From Octopus sinensis (lineage: Eukaryota): a stretch of DNA of 42,923 nucleotides. Shown piece by piece: positions 10,846 to 22,209 of the stretch. The stretch spans positions 1 through 42,923 of the forward strand of contig NW_021829589.1 in assembly GCF_006345805.1 (NCBI RefSeq), read 5' to 3'. How positions within the stretch are numbered: position 1 is the stretch's first letter; every line of letters begins with the position of its first letter. Position numbers and translations under genes: made by a program. The notes beneath the pieces are model-generated. The model was given only the letters and a program-made list of their open reading frames with translations, was not told the DNA's origin and did not search any database.

Positions 10846-11807
10846 TAAAAAACAAGATTTCACTCATTTTATTGTTTTCCTTTCTTTTTCTTTCTTTCCA
10901 TTCTCCTTTCAAATATCATTCATTCACATTGACCATTTAAATTTTCCTTCCGTTTCTTCCATTTCTCAGATTCAATCTCTTTCTCTTTCATAACATTCCT
11001 TCGTTAATCAAAATTATTCATTCAAATTACTCATTCAATATTTCTTTCCAGCATTTTCGACAAACCATTCTTTCTCCTTCAATATTGTTCATCTGACAAC
11101 GCAAATTTCATTCTACCAACTAATCAAATATTTAAATTCATTCTTCCACTTTTTTGATATTCAAATTTTCTGTCTTTGAATCCGTCATTCAGTTTGTATT
11201 CCGCCATTTTGACACTCAAATGTCTTTTCTCGGATTTGACCATTCAAAGTTCTTTCCTGTAAGTTAGCCACTCAAATTATTTTCTTTCAATTTTCTTTCT
11301 TCTTAAAGTTTTTCGTATAATTATTTTTTTATTTATTTTACTCTTTCTTTCCTTCTACACAATTCTTTATCATTTTTTACTCGATTCTGGTTCGCTTTTC
11401 TAAGGAGCTTATACAAATCAACACATACATCAAACATACACACATGCACACATACAACTCACACGCACACACATACATACATACATACATACATACATAC
11501 ATACATACATACATACATACATACATACATACATTCATGCATACATATGATATGCACATAGACTTGTGCATAATAGCACACACAAGCATTGCCATACACG
11601 CAGACACAGACAAAACGCCTCATCAAGATATCTGCTTTACAATAGTGTGACAGCGCATGCGTAGGTGTAAACGAATTCGCGTGCAAATATACACATCTGT
11701 ATATGTGAAGTTGTATTCGCACATGCTTAGAGAGAGCGTGTGTACGTGCGTGTGTGTGTACACAGACATACACATATACACATACAATGTCATTTTCTTT
11801 ATATATA

Positions 11808-11924
11808 CAGTAATACCTCGACTATCGCGGGTGCTACGCTCCAAAACACCCCGCGATAGGTGAAAATCCGCGAAGTAGAAACAGTACTGTACTGTACTGT
11901 ATATTTTTTTATTTTCATAATTTG

Positions 11925-11973
<49 letters not shown>

Positions 11974-12060
11974 AAATGCAAAACAACACTACAGAGGAAT
12001 CGACGTAAGGTTAAATAACAAACCGCGATAAGTGAACCGCGATACGGCGAGGGATTACTA
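11808..12060. mobile_element. Tigger/pogo-like MITE (Tc1/mariner superfamily)
   Basis: TA|CAGTAATACCTCGACTATCGCGG ... CCGCGATACGGCGAGGGATTACTA|TA. It has terminal inverted repeats, TA target duplication and sub-terminal CCGCGATA repeats. Confidence 0.8.
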
Positions 12061-12279
12061 TATTCATGTGTGTGTGTGTGTGTGTGTGTGCAAAACCTGT
12101 GTATATTAATAACAATAATAATAACCCTATCTCTTAGAGGCACAAGGCCTGAAATTGTAGTGGAGGGTAATTGTGGAGGAGGAAAGACTAATTCTAAGTA
12201 TCATAATTTAGCCGTGGCCTCTATTTTGAGGAATAAATGTATTGGTCTGTCAATTTCTATTTTCTATTTTCCATCTTTG

Positions 12280-12760
12280 CTGGTTTCAGGCATTGTCCTG
12301 CTGCCAAGCTGGGGCACCCCTTTTGATGTGTTTAGTCGAAAAATTGGACCCCTGTATTTAGTTTTAAGATCGGCACTTATTTTGTTGGTCCTTTTGCCGA
12401 ACCGCTAAGTTATGAGGACGTAAGGAAAACAACAGTGATTGTCAAGCGGTGATGTGGGACAAACACAACATAAACATAAATACATACACAAACTAACAAA
12501 CCTACACACAAAGACAAACGTTCGCACGCACATACACACACAGATACACAAGAACACAGACACACAAACTCACACTCACAAACGCACACACACACACACA
12601 CACACATATAAATATGTATACTTTTCCAATTTCAAATCGTCTTTGTGGGTCCGAAGCTATACGAGAAGACACTCACCCAATGCTTCACCCATTGGGATTG
12701 AACTCCAGATCACACTGTTAAGAAGCAAGCTTCTTAACCACACAGCCAGTCCTGTGCCTT
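12280..12760 (-). mobile_element. SINE family A, old diverged full-length copy with internal (CA)n
   Basis: Tail GCTGGGGCACC, body GCCGAACCGCTAAGTTA, head CTTCTTAACCACACAGCCA. Confidence 0.7.
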
Positions 12761-12892
12761 ACATGTGTCAAAGGTTTCGTCCTATGTCTTCGATGTCCCC
12801 CATGGCTAAGATTATTTGGACCTTAGTCCTGGACTTCGTTAAGGTATGTTATTGATCTGGATTGCGTGTTCAATTTTGATTCATAGTCAAAA

Positions 12893-13330
12893 GGTTGTTG
12901 AAAGCGTTACACACGAGCACATGTTGTGACAGAGGAGCATAGGGAAGGCACGTTGTGAACACATGTTGTAAACACATGTTGTAAACACATGTTGTGAACA
13001 CATGTCGCGACAGATAGAGCACTGAGTAGCATAGTAAGACACGTTGAGAATACGTTGTGAACACATGTTGTGAACACATGTTGTGAACGCATGCTGTGAA
13101 GACGTGTTGTGACAGACAGAATAGGGAGTAACATAGGGAACACATGATTTGAACACGTTGTGAAGATGTGTTGTGACGGATAGAATAGTGAGTAACAGAG
13201 AACACATGAATTGAACAAATGTTGTGAACACATGTTGTGATGAATACATGTTGTGAAAACATGTTGTGAACGCATATTTTGAACGCATGTTGTGAACGCA
13301 TGTTGTGAACACATGTTGTGACGGATAGCA
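12893..13330. repeat. 13-bp minisatellite (TGTTGTGAACACA)n interrupted by a recurring module of about 30 bp
   Basis: More than 20 copies of TGTTGTGAACACA or variants, with GACAGATAGA...AGTAACATAG-like modules near 12927, 13008, 13110, 13176 and 13320. Confidence 0.9.
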
Positions 13331-13435
13331 ACATCGGCGGTGAAGGGCACGATGGCAGCGGTGGAAGCGACGGCAACAGTGACAACAACAATAACAATAC
13401 CATCAACAACAACAGCACATAAAACATTTGAGAGA

Positions 13436-13473
<38 letters not shown>

Positions 13474-13475
13474 GT

Positions 13476-13575
13476 GCCTTTCTCCGACGATGAGCTATGC
13501 TCGAAACGTCAAAATCTCTCCTTGTTCATGTCCTCTTGTTTGTTATTGTTGATTTTAGTGTTCGTTTATTTGATT
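13476..13575 (+). mobile_element. Penelope-like LTR remnant with degenerate minimal hammerhead motif
   Basis: CCGACGA-T-GAGC-TAT-GCTC-GAAA-CGTC at 13484-13510 (CUGANGA core with one substitution), between (TA)n tracts. Confidence 0.5.
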
Positions 13576-13856
13576 TATATATATTATATATATATAGAGA
13601 GAGAGAGAGAGGAGGAGAAAGAGATGACGAATGAGAGAGAGAATGTGTATATGTGTGTGCGTAGGGGTAAAAATCTAAGTGTGTAGTGGGTTTGTGAGTG
13701 AGTGTGTGTGTGTGTGATAAAGGAAGCAATAGAAAGCGAGAGAGGGGAAGACAAACAGACAGACAGAGTGAAAATGAAATTGAAAGAAGAAACAGCGAGA
13801 GAGTAAAAGTCAACCAAAGGAAAAAATATTACGGATAGATAGATAGATAGATAGAT

Positions 13857-13935
<79 letters not shown>

Positions 13936-14529
13936 ACAGACAAACACACAGAGATAGAGACAGAGAGAAACAAAAAGAAAGAAAGAAAGAAAGAAAGAAA
14001 GAAAAAAAGAAAAAGGAAAGAAAGACAGACAGAAAGAAAGAAAGGCAGAGGGGGAGTGTAAAGAGAGTGAGTGAGTATAAGAGAGTATATGAATGATTGA
14101 AAATAAACTTCTGGTCTTTAAGAATATAATAGGACTGAGGGAAATTCATGGAATAAAAGACCAGCGACAGCAGCAGCAGCAGCAGCAGCACACCACCACC
14201 GCCGACACCATCACCAGCCCCAGCAGCAGAAAACAGTAAACAGAACAGAAAAAGGAATCTAGAAGTGAAAGTGAAAGTAAAAAATGACAAAGAAAAAATC
14301 CCTTAAGAAATAGCTAAAAAAAAAAAAGGAGGGGAGTGCGATGGTGATATTAGAATGTGGGAGGTAAGTTCAGAGACGAAAATAGAAGAATGGGTGTCTT
14401 TGTATTGTAAAGGGGTGGTATTTCTGAAGAACTTTTCTTGCATTCAATGGTGGAACTAAAGAAAGATTGACATCTGAATGAAATAATGGTAAAATTGGAG
14501 GAAGGAGACACAGAACCACTGGCCTGTAG

Positions 14530-16130
14530 AGGTTGTGTGTGCGTGTGTGTGTGCCGGCGTGTGTGTGTGAGGATTTGTGCGTGTGTATGTGTGTGTGCAG
14601 AAATGTGAGTGTGCGAGCGTGTGTATGTGTGGTGGAAGTGTGTATGTGTATGTGTGTGTGTGCTGGCGTGTGTGTGTGTCTGTGTGTATGTGTGTGTGTA
14701 TGTGTGTGTGTGTGTGTGCCGGCGTGTGTGTATGTCTGTGTGTATGTGTATGTGTGTATGTGCTGGCGTGTGTGAGTGTGTGCCGGCGTGTGTGTGTTCC
14801 GGTGTGTGTGTGTGTGTGTATATACCGGCGTGTGTGTGTGTGCGGGTATGTGAGTGTGCGAGCGTGTGTATGTGTGTGTGTGTGCTGGCGTGTGTGTGTG
14901 TCTGTGTGTATGTGTATGTGTGTGCCTGTGTGTGCTGGCTTGTGTGAGTGTGTGCCGGTGTGTGTGTGTGTGTGTGTGTGTATGCCGGCTTGTGCGTGTG
15001 TGCAGGAGTGTGTGTCTGTGCGGGTGTGTGTGTGTGGTGGAAGTGTGGAAGTGTGTATGCGTACGTATGTTTGTATGTGCGTGCGTGTGTGGATCTGTGT
15101 GTGTGTGTGCGGACGTGTATGTGTGTGTGGTGAAGGTGTGTATGCGTACGTATGTGTATGTCTGTGGGCGTATGTGTATGGGTTTGTGTGGGTGTGTGCG
15201 CGTGTGTGTGTGTATTTGTGCGTGTGTGTGTGTGTGTGCGGGAATGTGAGTGTGCGATCGTGTGTATGTGTGGTGGAAGTGTGGAAGTGTGTATGCGTAC
15301 GTATGTGTGTGTGTGCGTGCGTGTGTGGATGTGTGTGTGTATGCATGTATGTATACGGACGTGTATGCGTATGTGTGTGTTGGAGGTGCGTATGCATACG
15401 TATGTGTGTGTCTGTATGCGTACGTATGTGGGTTTGTGTGGATGTGTGCGCGTGTGTGGGTGTGTACGCGTGTGTGTGTTTGTCTGCGTGCGTGCTTGTG
15501 TGGTATTGTGCGTGTGTGTGTGTGGACATATGTGTGTGGGGTTTGATGGTGTGTATGTGCACGTATGTGTGTGTCTGTGTGCGTGCGTGTGTCGTGGAGG
15601 TATGTTATGCGTAGGTGTGTGTACTCGCGTTTGTGTGTGCGTGCGTGTGTGTGTGTGTAGATGTATGTCGAGATTATGTACGTGTGTATGTATACGATGG
15701 ATGTGTAAATGTTTGTATGGCAGATGTGTATATATACATAGGTGTGTGTGTGTGTGTGTGGAAGGTTATGAGTGTTGCAATTTTTGTGTGTGTAGATGTA
15801 TGCGTGTGTTTATGAATGTGTATGTATATATAGATATATGTATATGTATGCGTATGTGAAGTTCTTTATGCGTGTAGGTGAACGTAAGTAGGTTTGTATG
15901 TGTGTGTGCGTATCTGTGTCTGCGTCTGTGTGTGTGCATGTGTATTTGTTGGATGTGTGCATGTGCGTGTGTGCACTGCTTTATGTGTGTGTGGAATTTA
16001 CGTATATGTAGGCATATTTGTGTATGTATATATTGTGTACAGGTGTCTATGCAGGTGTGTCTGCGTGTGCGTGTGTGCAAGTATGCATGAGTAAAAATGT
16101 GCAAATGCGGGTGTATGTAGCAATGAGTAT
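14530..16130. repeat. Degenerate (GT)-based complex tandem block of about 1.6 kb
   Basis: Alternating purine-pyrimidine sequence with recurring higher-order words such as GTGGTGGAAGTGTG and ATGCGTACGTATG. Confidence 0.9.
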
Positions 16131-16240
16131 GTATGTGAGTCGGGCTATATATAAATATTGATAGATAGATAGATTGTTTTCGTATTTCATGTTTTTACGT
16201 CCTGTACCCATATACGCATATATATATATATATATATATC

Positions 16241-16276
<36 letters not shown>

Positions 16277-16320
16277 ATATATATGGATATGGTATATTAT
16301 TATTATTATATATTCTTTAA

Positions 16321-16569
16321 ATCGTTTCAGTCATTTCGATTGTGGCCATGCTGGAGCACCGCCTTTAGTCGAATGAATCGACCCCAAGACTTATTCTTTG
16401 TAAGCCTAGTACTTATTCTATTGGTCAGTTTTGCTGAACCGCTAAGTTACAGGGACCTCAGCACCCCAAAATCGGTTGTCAAGCGATTGTGGGAGGACAA
16501 CACACACACACACACACACACACACGTATATACACAAACACAAACACACACACACATACATACATACAT

Positions 16570-16617
<48 letters not shown>

Positions 16618-16770
16618 GACGGGCTTCTTTCAGTTTCCGTCTACCAAATGCACTGACAAGGCTTTAGTCGGCCCGAGGCAATAGTAGAAGACACTTACCC
16701 AAGGTGTCACGCAGTGGGATTGAACCCGAAACCATGTTGTTGGGAAGCAAGCTTCTTACCACACAGCCAC
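16321..16770 (-). mobile_element. SINE family A, full length
   Basis: Tail TTTCAGTCATTTCGATTGTGGCCATGCTGGAGCACC, internal (CA)n(TA)n, and head CTTACCACACAGCCAC. Confidence 0.9.
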
Positions 16771-16900
16771 GTATATGTATACCTGTGTCTGAGTGTACTT
16801 GTGTGGTGTATATATAGTCGTATACGTTGGTGTGTGTGTATATATGTATGTATGTGTTGTGTGTGTGTAGGTGTGTGCGTCAGCAGATATACGTGTGTGT

Positions 16901-17225
16901 ATATGTGTGAGTGAGTGTGTGTGTGTGTATGAGTAAAGTTTATGAGTGGATGTGTATATGTGGGTATATATGCATCTGTATAACTATATGTATGTGTGTA
17001 TGTGTGAATACAGGCATGTGTCTGTTTTTCATGGAGGTATATGTATGTGTGTGTGAATATGTGTGAGTGAGTGTGTGTGTGTGTATGAGTAAAGTTTATG
17101 AGTGGATGTGTATATGTGGGTATATATGCATCTGTATAACTATATGTATGTGTGTATGTGTGAATACAGGCATGTGTCTGTTTTTCATGGAGGTATATGT
17201 ATGTGTGTGTGAATATGTGTGAGTG
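16901..17225. repeat. Perfect 156-bp tandem duplication
   Basis: 16901-17056 reads identical to 17057-17212 (anchor GAGTAAAGTTTATGAG at 16931 and 17087). Confidence 0.9.
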
Positions 17226-17939
17226 TCTGTATACGTGCGTATGTATGCGTGCGTGTATGTGTGTATGTTTGTGTATGTGCGTAGCAATGTATGTGCTTTG
17301 GCATAAGTGTGTAAGTCGTTATGTATGTGTATGTGTGTTCGTGTGTCTTGTGTACCTGTGACTGCGTTTTATCATTGAATGTCTATTTTAAGTCTCTCTC
17401 TCTTTCACTCTCCCTCCCTATATATCTATCTCTCTTTCTCTCTCTCGCTCTCTCTTTTTCTGCTTTTCTCCCTCTCTCCCTTTCTCTCACTCGCTCTCTT
17501 TTTCTCCCAACATCTTCCTCTCCTTCTCTCTCTCTCTCTCTCTCTTTCTGCTTCTGTTTGTATGGGTTACGTGTGTGCTTTTAGTATATTTATGTGCGTG
17601 TGTCTGTACTGTATTATGTGTGTGTATATATACACACACTCACATATATATATATATATAGGTGTGTGTGTGTGTGTGTGTGTCTGTGTGTGCATGTATG
17701 GGTGCACGTGTTTGCGTGTGTGTGTGTGTGCGTGCTTGTGTGTAATGCAGTAAATATCTCAAGTCGTTTCAGGATCGAAGAAAATACCTTCCGGCATTCG
17801 TTCCGGTTCTCTGAGGCCTGAGCTCAAATCCTGCTGACGCCAACTTTGCCTTTAATTCTTTCGAGGTCGATATACAAAGCACAAATCCAGTGGTAAAGAA
17901 ATCATTATTATTATTATTACTATTATTATTATTATTATG

Positions 17940-18011
<72 letters not shown>

Positions 18012-18013
<2 letters not shown>

Positions 18014-18230
18014 GGCGGCGAGCTGGCAGAATCGTTAGCACAGTGACGAAATACTTAGTGGCATTTCGCCCGTCGTTACGTTCTGAGTTCAAATTCTGCC
18101 GAGGCCAACTTTCTCTTTCATCCTTTCGGGGTTGATAAAATAAGTACCAGTTGAGCACTGAGGTCGATGTAATCGACTTACCCCTTCCCCACCAAATTGC
18201 AGCCCTTGTGACAAAATATAAAACTATTAT
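18012..18230 (+). mobile_element. SINE family B, short tail, between (ATT)n tracts
   Basis: (ATT)n-TAAGGCGGCGAGCTGGCAGAATCGTTAGCAC ... GAGTTCAAATTC ... CCTTGTGACAAAAT ... (ATT)n. Confidence 0.9.
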
Positions 18231-18604
18231 TATTATTGGTGGTGGTGGTGTTATTATTATTGTTGTTATTATTGTTATTATTTGCGTTTCATTCTTTTTA
18301 GGCTCAATGAAATAAGTACCAGTTATGTACAGGGGTGAATTTTATCGATTGGTCCCCTCTCCCAAAATTTCAGACCTTGTGCCTATAGTAGAAACGATTA
18401 TTATTCCTCTCCCACACCCATTGTCGGCACCGTGCGTGCGTGCGTACGTACATGTGAGCGAGTGCTTGTGTGTATGTGTGTCAGTGTTTATGCCTACTCA
18501 TTTCATTGTCTACGACTGTGAGAGAGAGAGGGAGGGAGGGAGAAAGGGAGGGAGAAAGGGAGAGAAAGGGAGAGAAAATGGTAAAGACAGACAGACAGAC
18601 AGAC

Positions 18605-18716
<112 letters not shown>

Positions 18717-19354
18717 CTGTGTGCCCGCATGTTGTATGTATGTGTACTTCAAAGTCTCCGCATGCAGGTGTCATAGCGTGTACATATGCGTCAACGTGCG
18801 TGTAAATATATATGCAAGCATTTGCCAACGTCTATGTATGTGCATGTATGTACTTGTATATGTCTATGAATGCATGAATATGGATATAAGTAAGGAATGG
18901 GAGATTCATTATGAAGGTTAGGAGATAGAATACGACGAACTCTGGACAAACTACTCAGCGAACCTTCGTCCGTCTTCACGTTCGCTTATGGAGATCTTAC
19001 GGAGATCGTTAAAATAGTACCATTTGAGCCCTGGAGTCCATTTCATTGTCTTAGCCACTACCCCAAACTGCTGGTGTTGAACCAAAATTTGAAACCATTA
19101 TTAAGACTAATGAAAGAACGCGACGAGCTGGTCAAATCGTTAGGGGTGTCGTGTTAAATGCTTTAGCAGAATTTCGTTTGTGTTTGCGTTTTGAGTTCAA
19201 ATTCCGCCAAGGTCATTTTTGCAGCTCATCCTTTCGGAGTCGATAAAATAAGAACCAGTCATGCACTTGGGTCGATGTGATCTGATTTCCCTTCCCCTCA
19301 ACAACTGATGTCACAGTACCAGAATTTAATAGCATTATCACGATTGATAAATAG

Positions 19355-19720
19355 AAGACAGCGAATTGGCAGAAACTTTAGTACGCCGGGCGAAATGCTT
19401 GGCAGTATTTCGTCTGCCGCTACGTTCTGAGTTCAAATTCCACCGAGGTTGACTTTGCCTTTCATCTTTTCGGGGTCGATAAATTAAGTACCAGTTACGC
19501 ACTGGGGTCGATGTAATCGATGTAATCCCCTTGTCTGTCCTTGTTTGTCCCCTCTAAGGTTAGCCCCTTGTGGGTAGTAAAGAAATAGGTATTTCGTCTG
19601 TCTTTACATTCTGAGTTCAAATTCCGGCAAGGTAGAATTTGCGTTTCTTCCTTTCGAGGTCGATAAATTAAGTACCAGTTACCTGCTGGGATCGATCTAA
19701 TCGTCTGGCCCCACTCCTCT
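19355..19720 (+). mobile_element. SINE B dimer (B2 unit joined to a head-less B unit)
   Basis: Junction GTAAAGAAATA|GGTATTTCGTCTG at 19588. Confidence 0.9.
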
Positions 19721-19734
19721 TCTACATCTGCAAA

Positions 19735-20415
19735 TTCCGTAGCACCAGCTTTCGTCATCAGTGACGATCCTCTGAAGAAGATCCGGATCAACTTCCAACT
19801 GTTCTTTCAGTTCACCACACGCATTCAGTCGTGACTACCTTTTGATCTTTTGTGAGCAAGAGAGGCACAAATGTTGCTACAACTCTTCTTCATTCGCAAT
19901 TCCTCGCTCAAACTTCGTTGGCGGGAGCTCCAGGACACACCAGTCATATCAACCACTTCGTCAACTGTTCAGTGGCAGTCCTCCAAGATCTGTTCATGGT
20001 GTTTTTATTTCTTTGGGAGGTCGATAGTAACCCTGAACGAGGTTGGTCTTCAAGCGGGAAATGCTCCTTCCTAAAGCGTGAAAACCACGTGTAATCTTGT
20101 GTTTTGCTCATAGCAGCATCCTTGTAAAGCTGTTTTAAGCATGACAGCTGTTTCGAATGGTGTTTTCCCCAGCAGGAAACAGAATCTCACGGAAGCATGC
20201 TGTTCTTTCGATTCAGCTATCGCAAAAGTCGACGAACAGGGGAGAAACTCTACAAAACAAAAACGCTCCACGTTTCAGTACGACCGCAGCAGACGACGCC
20301 GGTCGGCAGACTGATGCTTGAGGGACGCATCAAGTGCCTTCTAGCGGTGGAAGATCGAAGTACAACGGGCTTTTCTCCACAGAGAATGTTTCCCTTACTT
20401 TTGAGCACTTCCTCG
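19735..20415 (-). mobile_element. Mariner (DD34D-type) transposon 5' part, pseudogenised and truncated just after the first catalytic motif
   Basis: Left end TA|CGAGGAAGTGCTCAAAAGT. With frameshifts, the minus strand gives AESKEQHASVRFCFLLGK ... EDQPRSG ... TVDEVVDMTGVSWSS ... FVPLLLTKDQK ... LQRIVTDDESWCYG. The start codon is ATA. Confidence 0.85.
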
Positions 20416-20476
20416 TATAATACACACACACACCACACATGTATGTATGTATGTATGTATGTATGTATGTATTATG

Positions 20477-20578
<102 letters not shown>

Positions 20579-20847
20579 TATATATAAAGAAGAATTATGG
20601 CCGTTATTAATAGTATTAATAAGGTGATGATAAGGTGGCTAGAAAGTTCACATGGTTACAGGCACAATATAAGGTAAATGTTCACAGCATTGTTCGAGTG
20701 TATCTTTATCGCGAGTTTATGGTGGTCTTTGGAGCATTGGCTCTGATTTTAGGAAGTGGTATTATATACCCTACTGAATTTAAATTTACTTTTTATATCT
20801 GTCCAAGCTTGATTTACGCGTTCGCCACTACAACCTCGTTTAGGCTT

Positions 20848-21110
20848 AAAAGAGAATACCTACACTGAACTATTGAGAAATCTGTAGCTACTCTATCCAT
20901 ATTATAAATTCGGGTTTATACCAGTAATTACTGAGGTCCTGAAATATGTAACAAACTGCCTAAATACCAATCTTGAAAAATTTGGCTTCTCAAAACCAGA
21001 AAGGAGAAAGCAGATTCGAAGACGACAGATCCAATCTATCACTACTAGAACTGTAAAAATCTGTAAAACTTTCCAGAAGTTTATCATTTAAATATAGATG
21101 AGCATGTCTA
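20848..21110 (+). mobile_element. 3' end of an RLE-encoding non-LTR retrotransposon (second family), decayed
   Basis: Translation KENTYTELLRNL*LLYPYYKFGFIPVITEVLKYVTNCLNTNLEKFGFSKPERRKQIRRRQIQSITTRTVKICKTFQKFII* (stop 21089-21091) resembles the C-terminal RLE region (FIP-I-GALG ... GTV-I). It is followed by (ACAT)n. Confidence 0.6.
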
Positions 21111-21524
21111 GATTTGCAACTATATGCATGATAATACATACACAAAACATACAAATCTGCACATACATACATACATAAATACATAAATACATACGCACGT
21201 ACGTACGTACATATATACATAAACGTCAGCTGTCCTTCCAAGGTGAATATCTCTTTGAAAATCAAAGAGAAAGAAGATAACTGCGGACCACTGCTTCGAA
21301 CCTGAACCTCGTATATCCGGATTATGGTTTCATGCTTATATCAATGATAATCGCTGCACTTGGCTTTGTAAGTAAATACCAAAGAAAATGCCAACACCAT
21401 GTTGTTGGTGTTGAAATTCCAATGTAGAAACCTTGGATCTAGGTTAGAAACCGGCTCTTTCTCTATCGGCAAGAAATCTCGAAATAAACTGAATAATGAC
21501 GTACATACATACATACGTGTGTGT

Positions 21525-21820
21525 GGAAGCACTCCGTCGGTTACGACGATGAGGGTTCCGGTTGATCCGAATCAACGGAACAGCCTGCTCGAGAAATTAA
21601 CGTGTAAGTGGCTGAGCACTCCACAGACACATGCACCCTTAACGTAGTTCTCGGGGATATTCAGCCTGACACAGAGAGTGACAAGGCCGGCCCCTTGAAA
21701 TACAGGTACAACAGAAACAGGAAGTAAGAGTGAGAAAAAGTTGTGGTGAAAGAGTACAGCAGGGATCACCACCATCCTCTGCCGGAGCCTCGTGGAGCTT
21801 TTAGGTGTTTTCGCTCAATA
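21525..21820 (-). mobile_element. SINE family C, tail variant 3 (tRNA head missing)
   Basis: Shared C body at about 21725-21820, with a third tail ending CGTCGTAACCGACGGAGTGCTTCC(AC)n. Confidence 0.85.
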
Positions 21821-22209
21821 ACATACATACGTACATACATACATACGTACATACATACATACAGACAGACAGACACACATACATATAAACTGGTGCATTA
21901 AAATATTAAAATATTATGCGGTACTAAAGTATATTTTTGAAAATATATTTTGGTAAACTGAACAATTTGAAGCAGTTAAAGTAGTTTCAGTCCTGTCTTG
22001 GGTTCTCACCAGCCACTCTGTATTTTGTTTAACTACTCAAGCTGATACTGTATATATATACATGTATATCTGCATGTTTGTATGTACTGGGGTGTCACAT
22101 AAATTCGTTCCCCCACCTCACCCTTTATTTTAATCGTTATTTTTCATCTACAATTTTAACAAACGATTCTGCCAGCTCGCACTCTACCTAAGTAACAGCA
22201 TTTAATATA

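Noticed and set aside
12775-12850. Plus-strand exon candidate ending AAG|GTATGT
   Set aside because: Weak acceptor, no recognisable peptide, and it abuts a SINE head.
12870-13427. Three overlapping minus-strand ORFs with SQHVFTT repeats
   Set aside because: They are a by-product of a 13-bp stop-free repeat unit cycling through all frames.
14160-14230. (CAG)n/(CAC)n stretch as a polyQ exon
   Set aside because: Short, no convincing splice sites, and flanked by low-complexity purine-rich DNA.
14456-15859. Long ORFs (368, 345 and 235 aa) rich in His/Thr or Val/Cys
   Set aside because: They are translations of degenerate (GT)n/(CA)n, which lacks stop codons in several frames on both strands. 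There is no domain signature.
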